From Microgenomates group bacterium (GTDB lineage: Bacteria > Patescibacteriota > Microgenomatia > UBA10105 > UBA927), in contig JBAQFJ010000001.1 in NCBI GenBank assembly GCA_049287205.1, positions 639,041 to 703,040 on the forward strand: a stretch of 64,000 bases of DNA, read 5' to 3'. Positions 19,882 through 30,966 of this stretch are shown in pieces. Position 1 is the stretch's first letter. Each line of letters starts with the position of its first letter. The notes under the pieces are model-generated. The model was not told the origin of the DNA. It saw only the letters and a program-made list of their open reading frames with translations, and searched no databases. The translations under genes were made by a program, and so were the position numbers.

Positions 19882-20832
19882 ATGGTTTGGGCCCCACAAC
19901 GAAAAAAACGGCTTCCTTTTTTCTTCCGAATGCTTTTTTTTGTTTGCATTGTATTTGGTATCTATATCCTTATTGCTTCCCTATTTCCAAAACCTCCTGT
20001 CCTGTCCCCGCTTGCCGATGATACAGAGAAAGTGCATACATCCAAAACAAACTCATCTATGCTTACGGTATTTTCCAAAAAGAAAAATACGGATGAATTA
20101 AAACAAAACATAAAAGACGCTATTGGATTAGATTGGAAAAACTATTCCGTTTTAGTCATGGATACCGAATCAGATTTTAAAGTCGACATCAACGAAGAAG
20201 AAATATTCACTGCAGCTTCTGTAAATAAAATTCCGATCCTCGCTGCGCTCTATACTGAAGCGCAAACAGGAAACATTGATCTTGATACGGTAATTACGCT
20301 TCAAGAAGCTGACATTCAAGACTATGGCACCGGCTCAATGCGCTATGATGGAGCAGGATCAACATATACCATCAAAACACTTGCAAAACTTATGATGCAG
20401 CAAAGCGACAACACTGCTGCGTATATTCTCGCAAATCATATTGTCGGCATGGATACCATCCAAGAATTATTAACCAGTTGGGGCATGATACAGACAGACA
20501 TGGTCAACAATAAAACTTCTAACGCAGATATCGCGCTTTTGATGGAAAAAATCTACCAGGGAAATATTGCCAATGTCGCCAACACAAAAGAAATGCTCGC
20601 ATTTTTTAAAGACGGGGAATTTGAAGATCGCATTCCGGGAAATCTGCCAAAAGAGGTTGCCGTGTACCATAAAATTGGAACAGAAATCGGTATTATGCAC
20701 GACGTCGGTATCGTTGTCGGACCAACGGCAAAATATTATATCGGGATTCTGGTGAGTGACGTAGTGAATGAAGAGGAAACAACAAAACTGATGGCATCTG
20801 TTTCAAAACTCGTATACGACTACATGAAGTAG
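19882..20832 (+). CDS. Class A beta-lactamase family serine hydrolase, membrane-anchored
   Basis: SxxK (SVNK), SDN, and a KIG box (a KTG-like triad variant). N-terminal TM helix. Confidence 0.55.
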   Translation: MVWAPQRKKRLPFFFRMLFFVCIVFGIYILIASLFPKPPVLSPLADDTEKVHTSKTNSSMLTVFSKKKNTDELKQNIKDAIGLDWKNYSVLVMDTESDFKVDINEEEIFTAASVNKIPILAALYTEAQTGNIDLDTVITLQEADIQDYGTGSMRYDGAGSTYTIKTLAKLMMQQSDNTAAYILANHIVGMDTIQELLTSWGMIQTDMVNNKTSNADIALLMEKIYQGNIANVANTKEMLAFFKDGEFEDRIPGNLPKEVAVYHKIGTEIGIMHDVGIVVGPTAKYYIGILVSDVVNEEETTKLMASVSKLVYDYMK

Positions 20833-20833
20833 C

Positions 20834-23242
20834 TTACTTTTTCAAAATCTTTTTTGTTAATGCATACCCCAATACTTCATCGATATGATCAACAAAATGA
20901 AACGTCAGATCTTTCGTAACTTCATGCGGAATATCTTCAAGATCTTTTTTATTTGCTTTTGGCAAAATAACCGTTCTGATGCCCGCTCTGTGCGCCGCAA
21001 TAACCTTTTCCTTTACTCCGCCGATTTCCGTCACACGACCGCGCAGAGTTATTTCTCCTGTCATAGATACTGCGCGCTTGGCGGGAATTTTCGTGAATGC
21101 GGAAACTATCGCTGTTGCAATGGCGGCACCTGCTGAAGGCCCATCTTTTGGAACCGCACCTTCTGGAACGTGTACGTGCACATCAACTTTTTGGAAAAAT
21201 TTCTCCGGCAGTCCAAACGTTTTATATCTGCTCCTCACATAGCTCATTGCAGCTGTTGCGGATTCTTTCATGACGTCGCCTAATTGTCCTGTAAGTATGA
21301 GTCCGCCGCGACCCGGCATAATCGCGACCTCTATAAACAATATCTCTCCTCCTGCTTCTGTCCATGCCATACCTGTTGTCATTCCTATTTCATCTTTTTT
21401 CTCTGCAAGCATGGAGGCAAATTTATATGGACCTAAATACGATGGCAATGCTTCTGATGTAATGATAATGTGTTTTCTCTCTTTCTCTGTTGTATCAGCA
21501 ATTTTTCTTGCGGTTTTCCTAAAAAGCGCTGCTGTCTGCCGCTCCAAACTCCTCACTCCCGCTTCCCTCGTATATTTTCTGATAATATCAAAAATTGCTT
21601 CATCCGTTACTTCTACAAGGTCTTTCGGAATCCCGTGAATAATCCTCTGTTTTTCAAGCAAAAAATCTTTTACTATATGAAATTTTTCCACTTCTGTATA
21701 TCCGGCAAAATGGATAATTTCTAGCCGATCCCGAAGCGCTGGGGGTATTGTGTCTAAGACGTTACATGTTGTGATAAAAAACACATCAGACAGGTCAAAC
21801 GGGACATCAAGATAATGATCAGAGAATGCGTAATTTTGTTCCGGATCAAGCGCCTCAAGAAGCGCACTTGACGGATCACCCCGAAAATCAGCGCCGACTT
21901 TATCTATTTCATCAAGCATAAACACCGGATTTTTTGTGCCTGCTTGTTTCACACCTTGAATAATACGCCCTGGCAATGCTCCCACATACGTTCTCCGATG
22001 CCCTCGGATTTCTGCTTCATCCCGAATACCTCCGAGTGACATTTTTACAAACTTTCTGCCGAGTGAACGTGCGATGGATTTTCCGATGGAGGTTTTTCCG
22101 ACTCCGGGAGGACCTACAAAACAGAGAATAGTCGGTGACCCGTGTTTTTTTGCTTTCACTTCTTTTCCCTCTTTACCCGTCTGTTTTTTCTCAATTTCTT
22201 CGCTTCCTTCAGCACGAAGCTTCATCACAGCCAAATATTCCAAAATACGCTCTTTAATCTTATCCAGCCCGTAATGGTCTTCATTGAGCACTTCTCCAGC
22301 TTCTTTAATATGCACAGTATTCGGACTTGATATATCCCACGGCAATTCAACGAGTGTATCCAGATATGTCCTGACATACGAAGTTTCCGGATTATATTGG
22401 GACATCTGCGCCAGACGGGATAATTCTTTTTCCGCCTTTTTCCTCACTTCCTCAGGCATACCAGATTTTTTGATCTTGTCGGCTATTTCTTTGATCTCTT
22501 TGTTTTCATCCGTATCACCCAACTCTTTTTCAATCGTTTTAATGCGTTCACGAAGCACCTGTTCCTTGATGTTCTTATCAAACTTTTCCTGTGTTTTGCT
22601 GGCGATATTCTGTTCAAGCTCCAGTACTTTTACTTCTTTGGCAACATAAAAAGATTCCTTCGAAAACCGTTCTTTGACAGAGGATATCTCCAAAAGTTCC
22701 TGCCGCTCCCTAGGCTTCAAATCAAGAATGCTCGCTATTTGGTAAGAAAGCGTCAGTGGCGATGTGGCGGACACGATATTCATGAACGTCAAAAAATCAA
22801 TGGTTTTTCCAAGTTTAACGGCAAGCTTCAGCTGGGTAACCAAGTGGTTGGACAATGCCTTTGTTTCCTCATCTTCCTCTATAGTCTCAATGGCTTCAGA
22901 AGCGCGCGCCACGAAGAACGGTTCGACCGCCTCAAACGTTGAAATATCGACCTTTGTGATACCCCGGATCAGCGCATTGATCTCCCCCTCGTTTTTCATC
23001 ATTTGCACGACTTCTCCGACTACCCCCACACTAAACAAATCAGAAGGAACCGGATCATTAATGTTCTGATTTCGCTGCATAACGAAGATCACTTTTTTTC
23101 CGGTATTTTGCGCGGCTTCGATCGAGGCAACAGATCGTTGACGTCCAAACGTCAAAATCATTTCCGTATTTGGAAACACAATTCCATCCCGTATTGGTAC
23201 AACGGGAAGAAGGTGTTCGTTTGATGAAAACATATCTGTCAT
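20834..23242 (-). CDS. lon: ATP-dependent Lon protease
   Basis: LON N-domain, AAA+ GPPGVGKTS, and protease domain with PKDGPSAGAAIATAIVS. Confidence 0.95.
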   Translation of the reverse strand: MTDMFSSNEHLLPVVPIRDGIVFPNTEMILTFGRQRSVASIEAAQNTGKKVIFVMQRNQNINDPVPSDLFSVGVVGEVVQMMKNEGEINALIRGITKVDISTFEAVEPFFVARASEAIETIEEDEETKALSNHLVTQLKLAVKLGKTIDFLTFMNIVSATSPLTLSYQIASILDLKPRERQELLEISSVKERFSKESFYVAKEVKVLELEQNIASKTQEKFDKNIKEQVLRERIKTIEKELGDTDENKEIKEIADKIKKSGMPEEVRKKAEKELSRLAQMSQYNPETSYVRTYLDTLVELPWDISSPNTVHIKEAGEVLNEDHYGLDKIKERILEYLAVMKLRAEGSEEIEKKQTGKEGKEVKAKKHGSPTILCFVGPPGVGKTSIGKSIARSLGRKFVKMSLGGIRDEAEIRGHRRTYVGALPGRIIQGVKQAGTKNPVFMLDEIDKVGADFRGDPSSALLEALDPEQNYAFSDHYLDVPFDLSDVFFITTCNVLDTIPPALRDRLEIIHFAGYTEVEKFHIVKDFLLEKQRIIHGIPKDLVEVTDEAIFDIIRKYTREAGVRSLERQTAALFRKTARKIADTTEKERKHIIITSEALPSYLGPYKFASMLAEKKDEIGMTTGMAWTEAGGEILFIEVAIMPGRGGLILTGQLGDVMKESATAAMSYVRSRYKTFGLPEKFFQKVDVHVHVPEGAVPKDGPSAGAAIATAIVSAFTKIPAKRAVSMTGEITLRGRVTEIGGVKEKVIAAHRAGIRTVILPKANKKDLEDIPHEVTKDLTFHFVDHIDEVLGYALTKKILKK

Positions 23243-23295
23243 AGTATCACGATATTAGCAGTCAAGTATACCAACTGCCAGAGTCAACTGTCAAC

Positions 23296-24192
23296 CTATT
23301 GAAATTGGGCAAGTACTTCTAAAACCGATACATCAACAACGGGAACAGTTGCAAGTGCACCATTTTTGAGGGTAAATTCACGGTCTTCGCTCGTTATTGC
23401 ATCTCGTTTATGCAAGATCCCAATTGGAATTTTTTCTCCAAACGTACTCGCAAGTTCAAGAGAATGCACTCTATCACCTAATTTTTCTGTTTGTATGTTC
23501 ACTTTTTGTACTCGTTCCCGATACCATTGATAGGTATGGATTTTATCAAACGTTACACATGGTTGGAGCATATCAACAACGGAAAATCCTTTATGCAGAA
23601 TCCCCTGACCGATAAGATCTGAAAGATGCGGAATGTCTCCTGCAAATCCGCGGGCAGCAAATGTAGCTCCTGCAAAAATACCGAGAGAAGATGGTGTAAA
23701 CGGCGGATCAATCACCCCAGAAGGCGTCGACTTCGTCACCATGCCCACCTCGGCGGTAGGTGCCGCCTGACCGGTGGTCAAACCGTACACTTCATTATTA
23801 TGAACGAGCACTGTGATATTTGGATTCCTTTTGGCTGCGTGAATGAAGTGATTTCCACCCTCTCCAAGACAATCCCCGTCCCCTGTCACGGCGATAACGG
23901 TAAGGTTCGGATTTGCCAATTTGATCCCTTGAGCAACAGGAAGCGCCCTCCCATGCAACCCCTCCACACCATACACATGCATCCAGTCACGCATGTTTCC
24001 GTGACATCCGACACCGTATACGATAACAATATTCTCTCTTGGAATCGCAAGATTAGTAAGCGCACTTTTTAAAGCCATCCAGATACCGTAGTTACCGCAT
24101 CCCGGACACCATGTCGGCTTTGTTGTGGTTAAAAATTGATCTTCCATTAGTTTAATCCTTTCACTTTCGAAACAATCTCTTCTGAAAGCCAT
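23296..24192 (-). CDS. 2-oxoacid:ferredoxin oxidoreductase beta subunit (TPP-binding). The true start may be the internal MEDQFL, which would put ATG at 24147-24145.
   Basis: TWCPGCG, GDGD and TPP-binding motifs are present. Confidence 0.88.
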   Translation of the reverse strand: MAFRRDCFESERIKLMEDQFLTTTKPTWCPGCGNYGIWMALKSALTNLAIPRENIVIVYGVGCHGNMRDWMHVYGVEGLHGRALPVAQGIKLANPNLTVIAVTGDGDCLGEGGNHFIHAAKRNPNITVLVHNNEVYGLTTGQAAPTAEVGMVTKSTPSGVIDPPFTPSSLGIFAGATFAARGFAGDIPHLSDLIGQGILHKGFSVVDMLQPCVTFDKIHTYQWYRERVQKVNIQTEKLGDRVHSLELASTFGEKIPIGILHKRDAITSEDREFTLKNGALATVPVVDVSVLEVLAQFQ

Positions 24193-25871
24193 TGTCTTCC
24201 GTCGTATTTATTCCATTTCTCAGATATCGTTACTCCTGTTTCTTCCCGTATGAGCGATGCAAGCTGTCCAGTCGAGTTTTGTTCCACAGCAATAAGTCGT
24301 TTTTCACCCTCAAGCAGCGGCTTGATGTCGTTCTCAACCAATGGATATACCCAAGAAAAATGAATAAGCTTCGCCTTGATGCCGTCTTTTTTCAACGTTT
24401 CCATCGCATCAAGGATAACTCCTTTTAAAGACCCGAATGTCACAAATGTGATATCAGCTTGCGTTTCACCAAAAATTTCAGGTTTTGGCGCACGCGCTCT
24501 GATTGCATCCATTTTTCGTGCTCGTTTATCCACCTGACTTATGCGCATGTCTGATTCTTCCGTGGTATATCCGTACTCATCGTGTTCATACGAATTAGCA
24601 ACATATTCCTGACCTTTCATTCCTGGAAAACTTCTTGGGGATACGCCATTTGCAGTTGCGGTATCATACCGTTTAAACGCTGTAGTGTTTGTCAAAACAG
24701 TTTCTTTCTGAACTTTGGTGCCTGTGAGCATGTTTTTCTTCAGCTGCCACTGTGTTTCATTTATATATTTATCCGTTAACACAAATACAGGTGTTTGAAA
24801 TTCATCAGCAAGATCAAAAGCGCTCTTGGCAAGTGTGTATGATTCCTCCACATCCCCCGGAGCTAAAATAATACGCGGAAATTCTCCGTGACCGGCGCGA
24901 AGTACCATTTGCAATTCCCCTTGCTCCGTCCATGTCGGCATACCTGTTGCAGGCCCTGGACGCATCCCGAGATCCACGACCACAGGAACTTCCATAATGC
25001 CTGCCATGGAGATCGCCTCGACCATAAGAGCAAATCCCCCACCTGATGTTGCAACCATGCTTCTGGCACCTCCAAGAGAAGCTCCGATCGCCATAGTGAT
25101 ACCCGCTATTTCATCTTCCGGTTGTTTATAGACAATGCCGAGTTCTTCCGCGTGATCCGCAAAAAGTGGAATGAGTGCATTGATCGGAGTCATCGGGTAG
25201 ATTGCGGCAAATTTCATTCCACCTGCAAGAGCTCCCAATGCGAATGCTTCGCTTGCATTCATAACAAGGTGCGATTCTTTTACCCTACCATCCGCAATCC
25301 TCATATCAGAAAGTGATGGATAGTGTTGTTTCACATAGTCATATCCGCTTAAAGCAATCGCGATATTATCAGTAATAATTTGTTCTTTTTTCCCTTTAAA
25401 TTGATCTGTAATTACGTTGGCTAGGAGCGAGATATCTTTTCCCAAAAGATACATGGTTACCCCAAGAGCGATGGTATTTCGCATGACGGCGTCCCCATTT
25501 TTCTCTTTGACAAGCTCAGTGAACGGTACTGGAATCAGTGTGACGGAATGAGAAAATTCTTCCTGTTTCCATGCATATTCTTTTTCATCATACACAAGAT
25601 ATGCATGTTCTTCGAGATCATTTTTATGAAAATCAACGGTTTCTTTGTTCAGTGCAATCAAAAGTTGCAAAGACTTTTTTGGAGCATGTACCCTATCAGT
25701 TGTAATCCGAACAGAAACAAAGTTATGGCCTCCGCGAATCAGCGACGGATATTCATTGCCTGCAATCACGCCGTATCCTGCACGGGAAAATGTTTTCGCA
25801 AGCATTGTCCCAGAGGACATAATGCCAAATCCCGCTTCTCCGCCAATTCCCCATGTTATATCTGTTTTCAT
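24147..25871 (-). CDS. 2-oxoacid:ferredoxin oxidoreductase alpha subunit (fused gamma-alpha type, 574 aa)
   Basis: Start MKTDITWGIGGEAGFG, typical of KorA/PorA. It lies upstream of the beta subunit. Confidence 0.85.
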   Translation of the reverse strand: MKTDITWGIGGEAGFGIMSSGTMLAKTFSRAGYGVIAGNEYPSLIRGGHNFVSVRITTDRVHAPKKSLQLLIALNKETVDFHKNDLEEHAYLVYDEKEYAWKQEEFSHSVTLIPVPFTELVKEKNGDAVMRNTIALGVTMYLLGKDISLLANVITDQFKGKKEQIITDNIAIALSGYDYVKQHYPSLSDMRIADGRVKESHLVMNASEAFALGALAGGMKFAAIYPMTPINALIPLFADHAEELGIVYKQPEDEIAGITMAIGASLGGARSMVATSGGGFALMVEAISMAGIMEVPVVVDLGMRPGPATGMPTWTEQGELQMVLRAGHGEFPRIILAPGDVEESYTLAKSAFDLADEFQTPVFVLTDKYINETQWQLKKNMLTGTKVQKETVLTNTTAFKRYDTATANGVSPRSFPGMKGQEYVANSYEHDEYGYTTEESDMRISQVDKRARKMDAIRARAPKPEIFGETQADITFVTFGSLKGVILDAMETLKKDGIKAKLIHFSWVYPLVENDIKPLLEGEKRLIAVEQNSTGQLASLIREETGVTISEKWNKYDGRQWLSEEIVSKVKGLN

Positions 25872-25872
25872 A

Positions 25873-26115
25873 TTATGGAAAAATCTGTTTCCCTGTTTGA
25901 TCTTTTATGATAATGGCCATAACAGGACACCCCTTTGCCGCCTCCATGAGCGTCTCATCTGTCTCTTCGCCGGCAGTTTCTAAAAATACTGCTTTTGCCT
26001 CACTGTCGAGTTCGTATGCCTTCGGTGCAAGTGCGATACAGGTCGCAGCACCGATACATAAGTCTCTATCAATAGTAATGGTATAGTTTCGAATAGTTTT
26101 TGTTGTGTTATCCAT
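25873..26115 (-). CDS. Ferredoxin. The start is taken at the internal MDNTTK; the track ORF extends to 26178.
   Basis: Two CxxxxxC...CP clusters (CIGAATC, CPVMA). It lies between sufU and the oxidoreductase. Confidence 0.7.
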   Translation of the reverse strand: MDNTTKTIRNYTITIDRDLCIGAATCIALAPKAYELDSEAKAVFLETAGEETDETLMEAAKGCPVMAIIIKDQTGKQIFP

Positions 26116-26125
26116 ATAGCTTGTA

Positions 26126-26494
26126 TTATACGGCACTTGCGACTGCTTTTTGAAGTACCTCAAGTGGCAATACCGCACATTTTACCCGTGAGGCGGTAAG
26201 CTCCGTATTTAATAATGAAAAAATAGTCTCACTGTTCAACTCCAGTATCTCTTTTTTGGATTTTCCCAAAACCAAATCCGTTAGGAGTGATGCCGATGCC
26301 TGGCTGATGGCGCATCCCTCACCGGAAAACATCACTGCTGTTACTTTTTCTTTTTTGTCCAACACAATTTCCATTGTAATTTTATCGCCGCATGCGGAAT
26401 TATACAGTGTATGTGATGCATCAGGATGCTCGATGTGCCCGAAATTATGCGGGTGTTTGTAATGATCTAATATAGTTTCCCGATAGATATCCAT
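26126..26494 (-). CDS. sufU: SUF system Fe-S scaffold SufU (NifU/IscU-like)
   Basis: NSACGD and GEGC motifs; 122 aa. Confidence 0.88.
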   Translation of the reverse strand: MDIYRETILDHYKHPHNFGHIEHPDASHTLYNSACGDKITMEIVLDKKEKVTAVMFSGEGCAISQASASLLTDLVLGKSKKEILELNSETIFSLLNTELTASRVKCAVLPLEVLQKAVASAV

Positions 26495-26496
26495 AG

Positions 26497-27726
26497 TTAT
26501 ACAGCAAACAGTTTCTTTACTTTTTTCAATCCTGCTATCAGCGCCCGAACATCGTCCTTTGTATTATAAATATAAAAGGAAGCCCTGCATGTCGCCCCCA
26601 CTCCTAATTCCTCATGAAGCGGCATGGCACAGTGATACCCGACACGGATACAAATATTGTCAACATCTAACACCTGCGCGACATCGTGCGGATGCACTCC
26701 CTCCAACCGAAATGCGATCACTCCCCCTCGAAGTTCAGAATCCGTTGGGCCATATACCGTGATACCTGATATTTTTGAAAGCTCAGCAAGCGCATATGCA
26801 ACCAATTCTTTTTCATGCTTTCTCACAGCTGCCATTCCAAGTTTTTGCAAATAGGAAACAGCAGCGCCAAGGCCGATTGCTCCTTCAATGAACGGTGTAC
26901 CGGCCTCAAATTTATGTGGCAGTGTATTAAATTTCGTTTCCCCGACATGCACTTCGCTGATCATGTCGCCTCCATACAAAAACGGCGGCATGGTTTCCAG
27001 CAGTTGTTTCTTCACCCACAATACGCCGATGCCTGACGGCCCCAACATTTTATGTCCTGAGAAAGCGACTGCATCAACTCCTAAGTCACTAACATCAACG
27101 GGCATATGCGGAACTGCCTGTGCGGCGTCCACAATAATCAAACAATCCGGTGCATTTTTTTTAATTTTCGCAGCTATTTTTTTGACCGGAACTATGGTTC
27201 CCAATACATTGGATACCGCAGTCAATGCAACAATTTTTGTTGTTTTATCAATTAATTTTGAAATTTCTTTTTCATCCAATGTATATGCTTTCGTGATATT
27301 CCATACACGTAGTACCCCGCCGTATTTCGGCACCAATTGTTGCCATGGTACAAAATTGGAATGGTGTTCCATAATCGTCGTCACCACAGTATCATTTTTC
27401 TTTATACCCATCGGTATGAGCGTATATGCGAGCAGATTCAGTGACTCAGACGTATTTTTCGTAAAAATAATTTCAGTAGGGTCCGCGTGGATAAACGTGG
27501 CGATCGTTTTTCTTGCATCTTCATATGCGGCAGTCGCTTCTTCAGAGATCGTATATATACCCCGAAACACATTAGCAGTGTATTTGTTGTAATACCCGTT
27601 AATCGCATCGATGACACATTGCGGTTTGAGTGACGTTGCTGTCGAATCAAGATACACAATAGATTTTCCGTTAATCCGCCGTTGTAATATCGGAAAATCT
27701 TTACGAATTTTTTTGGTGTCAATCAT
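26497..27726 (-). CDS. sufS: Cysteine desulfurase SufS
   Basis: PLP lysine motif SGHKMLGPSGIGVL and the active cysteine region RVGYHCAMP. Confidence 0.92.
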   Translation of the reverse strand: MIDTKKIRKDFPILQRRINGKSIVYLDSTATSLKPQCVIDAINGYYNKYTANVFRGIYTISEEATAAYEDARKTIATFIHADPTEIIFTKNTSESLNLLAYTLIPMGIKKNDTVVTTIMEHHSNFVPWQQLVPKYGGVLRVWNITKAYTLDEKEISKLIDKTTKIVALTAVSNVLGTIVPVKKIAAKIKKNAPDCLIIVDAAQAVPHMPVDVSDLGVDAVAFSGHKMLGPSGIGVLWVKKQLLETMPPFLYGGDMISEVHVGETKFNTLPHKFEAGTPFIEGAIGLGAAVSYLQKLGMAAVRKHEKELVAYALAELSKISGITVYGPTDSELRGGVIAFRLEGVHPHDVAQVLDVDNICIRVGYHCAMPLHEELGVGATCRASFYIYNTKDDVRALIAGLKKVKKLFAV

Positions 27727-28325
27727 ATATCACTCCTCTTGAGATCATACAGCATATCACTCTTTTGAATAGTACCCATACTACCACGAATAAAACCGTC
27801 AATATAGAGTGATTTTGCAGCTGTCTCCGATAACCCGCGTGTCCGCATATACCACGCCACATCATCAGGAATCGTTCCTGTGGTCACACCATGTGTACAC
27901 CGGACATCATTATTTAATATTTCTAAAGTTGGGGACGTATTGATGACTCCTCCTGTACCAAACAGCAGATTTTCATTTTTCTGGTATGCATCGGATTTTG
28001 AGGCGTGCTGACCTATTGAGACATTTCCCTGAAATGTTACGGTGCTTGCATCAATAATAACTGATTTTACGAGCAGATTACTTGTTGCACTGGAAGCAAC
28101 ATGAATCTGACGGGTTATCAGTGTAACGGATGCATTATGTTTCGGCAAAACAATACACCGGACAGTTGCATTGCCGCCCGCGGCGTTCATCGTCAATGAA
28201 ACATCAGCGACAAACGATACGGACGAGGCGATCATAATATCAACGACCAGCGTTTCCTTTTTAGTCATCACATAGGAAAATTTTGGATGCGCCGCACTTA
28301 ATTGTTTTGTAATATGGTGTTCCAT
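27723..28325 (-). CDS. sufD: Fe-S assembly protein SufD, minimal 200-aa form
   Basis: SufB/D beta-helix core with C-terminal RGLSETAAKSL. It sits between sufB and sufS. Confidence 0.75.
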   Translation of the reverse strand: MEHHITKQLSAAHPKFSYVMTKKETLVVDIMIASSVSFVADVSLTMNAAGGNATVRCIVLPKHNASVTLITRQIHVASSATSNLLVKSVIIDASTVTFQGNVSIGQHASKSDAYQKNENLLFGTGGVINTSPTLEILNNDVRCTHGVTTGTIPDDVAWYMRTRGLSETAAKSLYIDGFIRGSMGTIQKSDMLYDLKRSDI

Positions 28326-28330
28326 AGACG

Positions 28331-29734
28331 TTATCCGACGGATCCCTGCATTTCCAGATCCATTAATCGATTGAGTTCCACTGCATATTCAAGTGGTAAT
28401 GCTTTCACGATCGGCTCAATAAACCCGTTAACAATCATGGATGCCGCTTGTGACGGGGACACACCCCTGCTGGTAAGATAAAAAAGCTGTTCGTCAGAAA
28501 TTCTGGAAACGGATGCTTCATGTTCCGTAATACTTTGTGTTTCCCGTATATCCATTTTTGGATAGGTGTCAGAGCGGGATAATTCATCCAAAATAAGCGC
28601 ATCGCACACCACTTTATTTCGGGCTCCCTTCGCGTTATGTGCGATATGCACCAAACCCCGATAGGAAGTCCTGCCCCCACCCCCGCTAATAGATTTGGAG
28701 ATAATCTGTGACGTTGTTTCAGGGGCAAGATGCATCATCTTTCCGCCGGTATCTTGGATTTGCCCACATCCGGCGTATGCAACAGATAACACTTCTCCAT
28801 GCGCTTTCCTTCCTACAAGATACACGGATGGATATTTCATCGTCACCTTACTCCCGATATTTCCGTCAATCCATTCCATAATTCCCTCTTCTTCCACACG
28901 CGCACGTTTCGTCACTAAATTGTAGACATTCGTGCTCCAGTTCTGCACAGTAGAATATCGGACGCGTGCACCCTTCTCAACAAATATTTCAACGACCGCA
29001 CTATGCAACGAATCCGTTGAATAGATTGGAGCGGTACAGCCCTCAATATAATGTACATAACTTCCCTCATCCGCAATGATCAGCGTCCGTTCAAACTGAC
29101 CCATGTTCGCCGCATTAATACGAAAATATGCCTGGAGTGGCAACGAAACAGAAACATTTTTCGGTACATAGATAAATGATCCGCCTGACCATACTGAACT
29201 ATTTAAGGCTGCAAATTTATTATCGGCGGGCGGGATCAGTTTCCCAAAATATTTCTTTACGAGATCCGGATATTTTTTCACGGCAGTATCCATATCCGTA
29301 AATATCACTCCTTTTTCATTGAGGGTTTTTTCAATACTTTTATACACCACTTCCGATTCATATTGCGCAGACACTCCGGAGAGAAATTTCTTTTCCATTT
29401 CAGGAATACCGATTTTATCGTATGTTTCCCTGATTGCAGAGGGAAGATCTTTCCACGCTTCCGCCTGACTTTTTACGGGCTTGAGATAATAAAACAAATT
29501 TTCAAATTGAATGTCGGAAAGTGCCGGCCCCCAGTCAGGCATCTTCTTTTTCTCATAAATTGCAAAACTTTTCAAACGGAAGTCCAGCATCCATGCACTT
29601 TCTCCTTTTTGTGCACTCATGCCACGGATAACATCTTCTGACAATCCCCGTTCTGATTTATAGATGTACTCATCGGGTTTATGGAATCCGAATGCGTACG
29701 GAGCTTTTATAAACGATTGTTTATTCGTCGCCAT
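28331..29734 (-). CDS. sufB: Fe-S cluster assembly protein SufB
   Basis: 467 aa with C-terminal [20 protein letters not shown]. It overlaps sufC by 14 nt. Confidence 0.93.
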   Translation of the reverse strand: MATNKQSFIKAPYAFGFHKPDEYIYKSERGLSEDVIRGMSAQKGESAWMLDFRLKSFAIYEKKKMPDWGPALSDIQFENLFYYLKPVKSQAEAWKDLPSAIRETYDKIGIPEMEKKFLSGVSAQYESEVVYKSIEKTLNEKGVIFTDMDTAVKKYPDLVKKYFGKLIPPADNKFAALNSSVWSGGSFIYVPKNVSVSLPLQAYFRINAANMGQFERTLIIADEGSYVHYIEGCTAPIYSTDSLHSAVVEIFVEKGARVRYSTVQNWSTNVYNLVTKRARVEEEGIMEWIDGNIGSKVTMKYPSVYLVGRKAHGEVLSVAYAGCGQIQDTGGKMMHLAPETTSQIISKSISGGGGRTSYRGLVHIAHNAKGARNKVVCDALILDELSRSDTYPKMDIRETQSITEHEASVSRISDEQLFYLTSRGVSPSQAASMIVNGFIEPIVKALPLEYAVELNRLMDLEMQGSVG

Positions 29735-30518
29735 ACCCCAACCTTTCGATTATCTTTGCAAGTTTGCCGTCTCCGGTTTGTACAACCGTACCTTTTTTGA
29801 TCACCGTCACTGTATCAGGATGAAGATAGGTTAACAGCCGCTGATAATGCGTGATGATAATGCAGCCAGTTCCATTCTTTCGGAGTTTTTCAATACCTCC
29901 TGCCACAATCTTTAACGCATCAACATCAAGCCCCGTATCTATTTCATCAAATATTGCAAATTGCGGCTCAAGCACTAGCGCCTGCAGTACCTCAATTTTT
30001 TTCCGTTCTCCGCCGGAAAATCCCTCATTAATGCTTCTTGTCAAAAGCGACGAATCAATATGTAAAAATTCCGCATACGTTTTGATTGTTGCGAGTAGCT
30101 CCTGAATAGTCATAGTAGAAGAAGCCCACCTTTTGCCAAGCACGGGATTGTGCAAATTCTTTTTCTTTTGTGCCGTATCTGGATGCAATTCCTGATACGC
30201 TGCGCGAAGCAAATTCGTCACACTGACACCTGCAATTGCGACAGGAGATTGAAACGCTAAAAAGATTCCTTTTTTTGCACGCTCCTGTGTTTTTATTTGT
30301 GCGATATCTGTATTCCCCAATAAAATCTTCCCTTTCACTACGTACGCTGTATTTCCCATCAAGACACCCGCAAGTGTTGATTTTCCGCTTCCGTTCGGTC
30401 CCATAATCACGTGAGTTCTTGAAGCGGAGAACGTCATCGATACATCGTTCAGTATTTGTTTTCCTGAAGGCAATGTTGCAAAAATATGTGACAGGGAAAG
30501 TTGTGCTGGAGTTTTCAT
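29721..30518 (-). CDS. sufC: Fe-S cluster assembly ATPase SufC
   Basis: Walker [10 protein letters not shown], signature [15 protein letters not shown], Walker [10 protein letters not shown]. Confidence 0.92.
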   Translation of the reverse strand: MKTPAQLSLSHIFATLPSGKQILNDVSMTFSASRTHVIMGPNGSGKSTLAGVLMGNTAYVVKGKILLGNTDIAQIKTQERAKKGIFLAFQSPVAIAGVSVTNLLRAAYQELHPDTAQKKKNLHNPVLGKRWASSTMTIQELLATIKTYAEFLHIDSSLLTRSINEGFSGGERKKIEVLQALVLEPQFAIFDEIDTGLDVDALKIVAGGIEKLRKNGTGCIIITHYQRLLTYLHPDTVTVIKKGTVVQTGDGKLAKIIERLGYGDE

Positions 30519-30919
30519 ATGGTTCCTTTCTTCACAAGCTGATCAAGCGTTACATTTTCACAATACGTTAAGAATACATGTTCAATCTGTTGTCTGATCC
30601 GTTGCGGCAGACAATCCGGAAAAAGTGGACATGTCCTGACTCCGGTATTTTGCGGTATTTCACTGGTGGAACCTGCCGCCTGAAGAATTTGAAGCACTGT
30701 TATCTCACTTGGATGTTTTGCAAGTATATATCCTCCGCCGATTCCTTCCTTACTCGCAACAATTCCCGCGGTTTTGAGCATTCGGATGATTTTTTTGAGA
30801 TATGCGCTCGATACACCATGAAGCTCGCTAATATCAAAAAGTGATAATCGCTTTCCCTCTTGTGAGGCAAGTTCAGCGGCAATGAGAATACTGAGTTCTT
30901 CCTGTCTGGTGAGTTTCAT
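30515..30919 (-). CDS. Rrf2 family transcriptional regulator, heading the suf operon
   Basis: N-terminal wHTH plus a C-terminal cysteine. Confidence 0.8.
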   Translation of the reverse strand: MKLTRQEELSILIAAELASQEGKRLSLFDISELHGVSSAYLKKIIRMLKTAGIVASKEGIGGGYILAKHPSEITVLQILQAAGSTSEIPQNTGVRTCPLFPDCLPQRIRQQIEHVFLTYCENVTLDQLVKKGTI

Positions 30920-30966
30920 AAACTGATACCAAGATAGTATCAGTTAATGCCGTTTTTGGGAAGTGG

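Noticed and set aside
21270-22649. Several 60-120 aa + strand ORFs inside lon, with similar ones inside secA and lysS
   Set aside because: All are antisense to long, well-supported genes and show Ser/Phe/Ile-rich low-complexity translations. They are spurious.
26888-27592. 234-aa ORF on the + strand, antisense to sufS
   Set aside because: It lies entirely within the strongly supported sufS gene on the opposite strand. Composition is low-complexity with no motifs. This is a typical shadow ORF.
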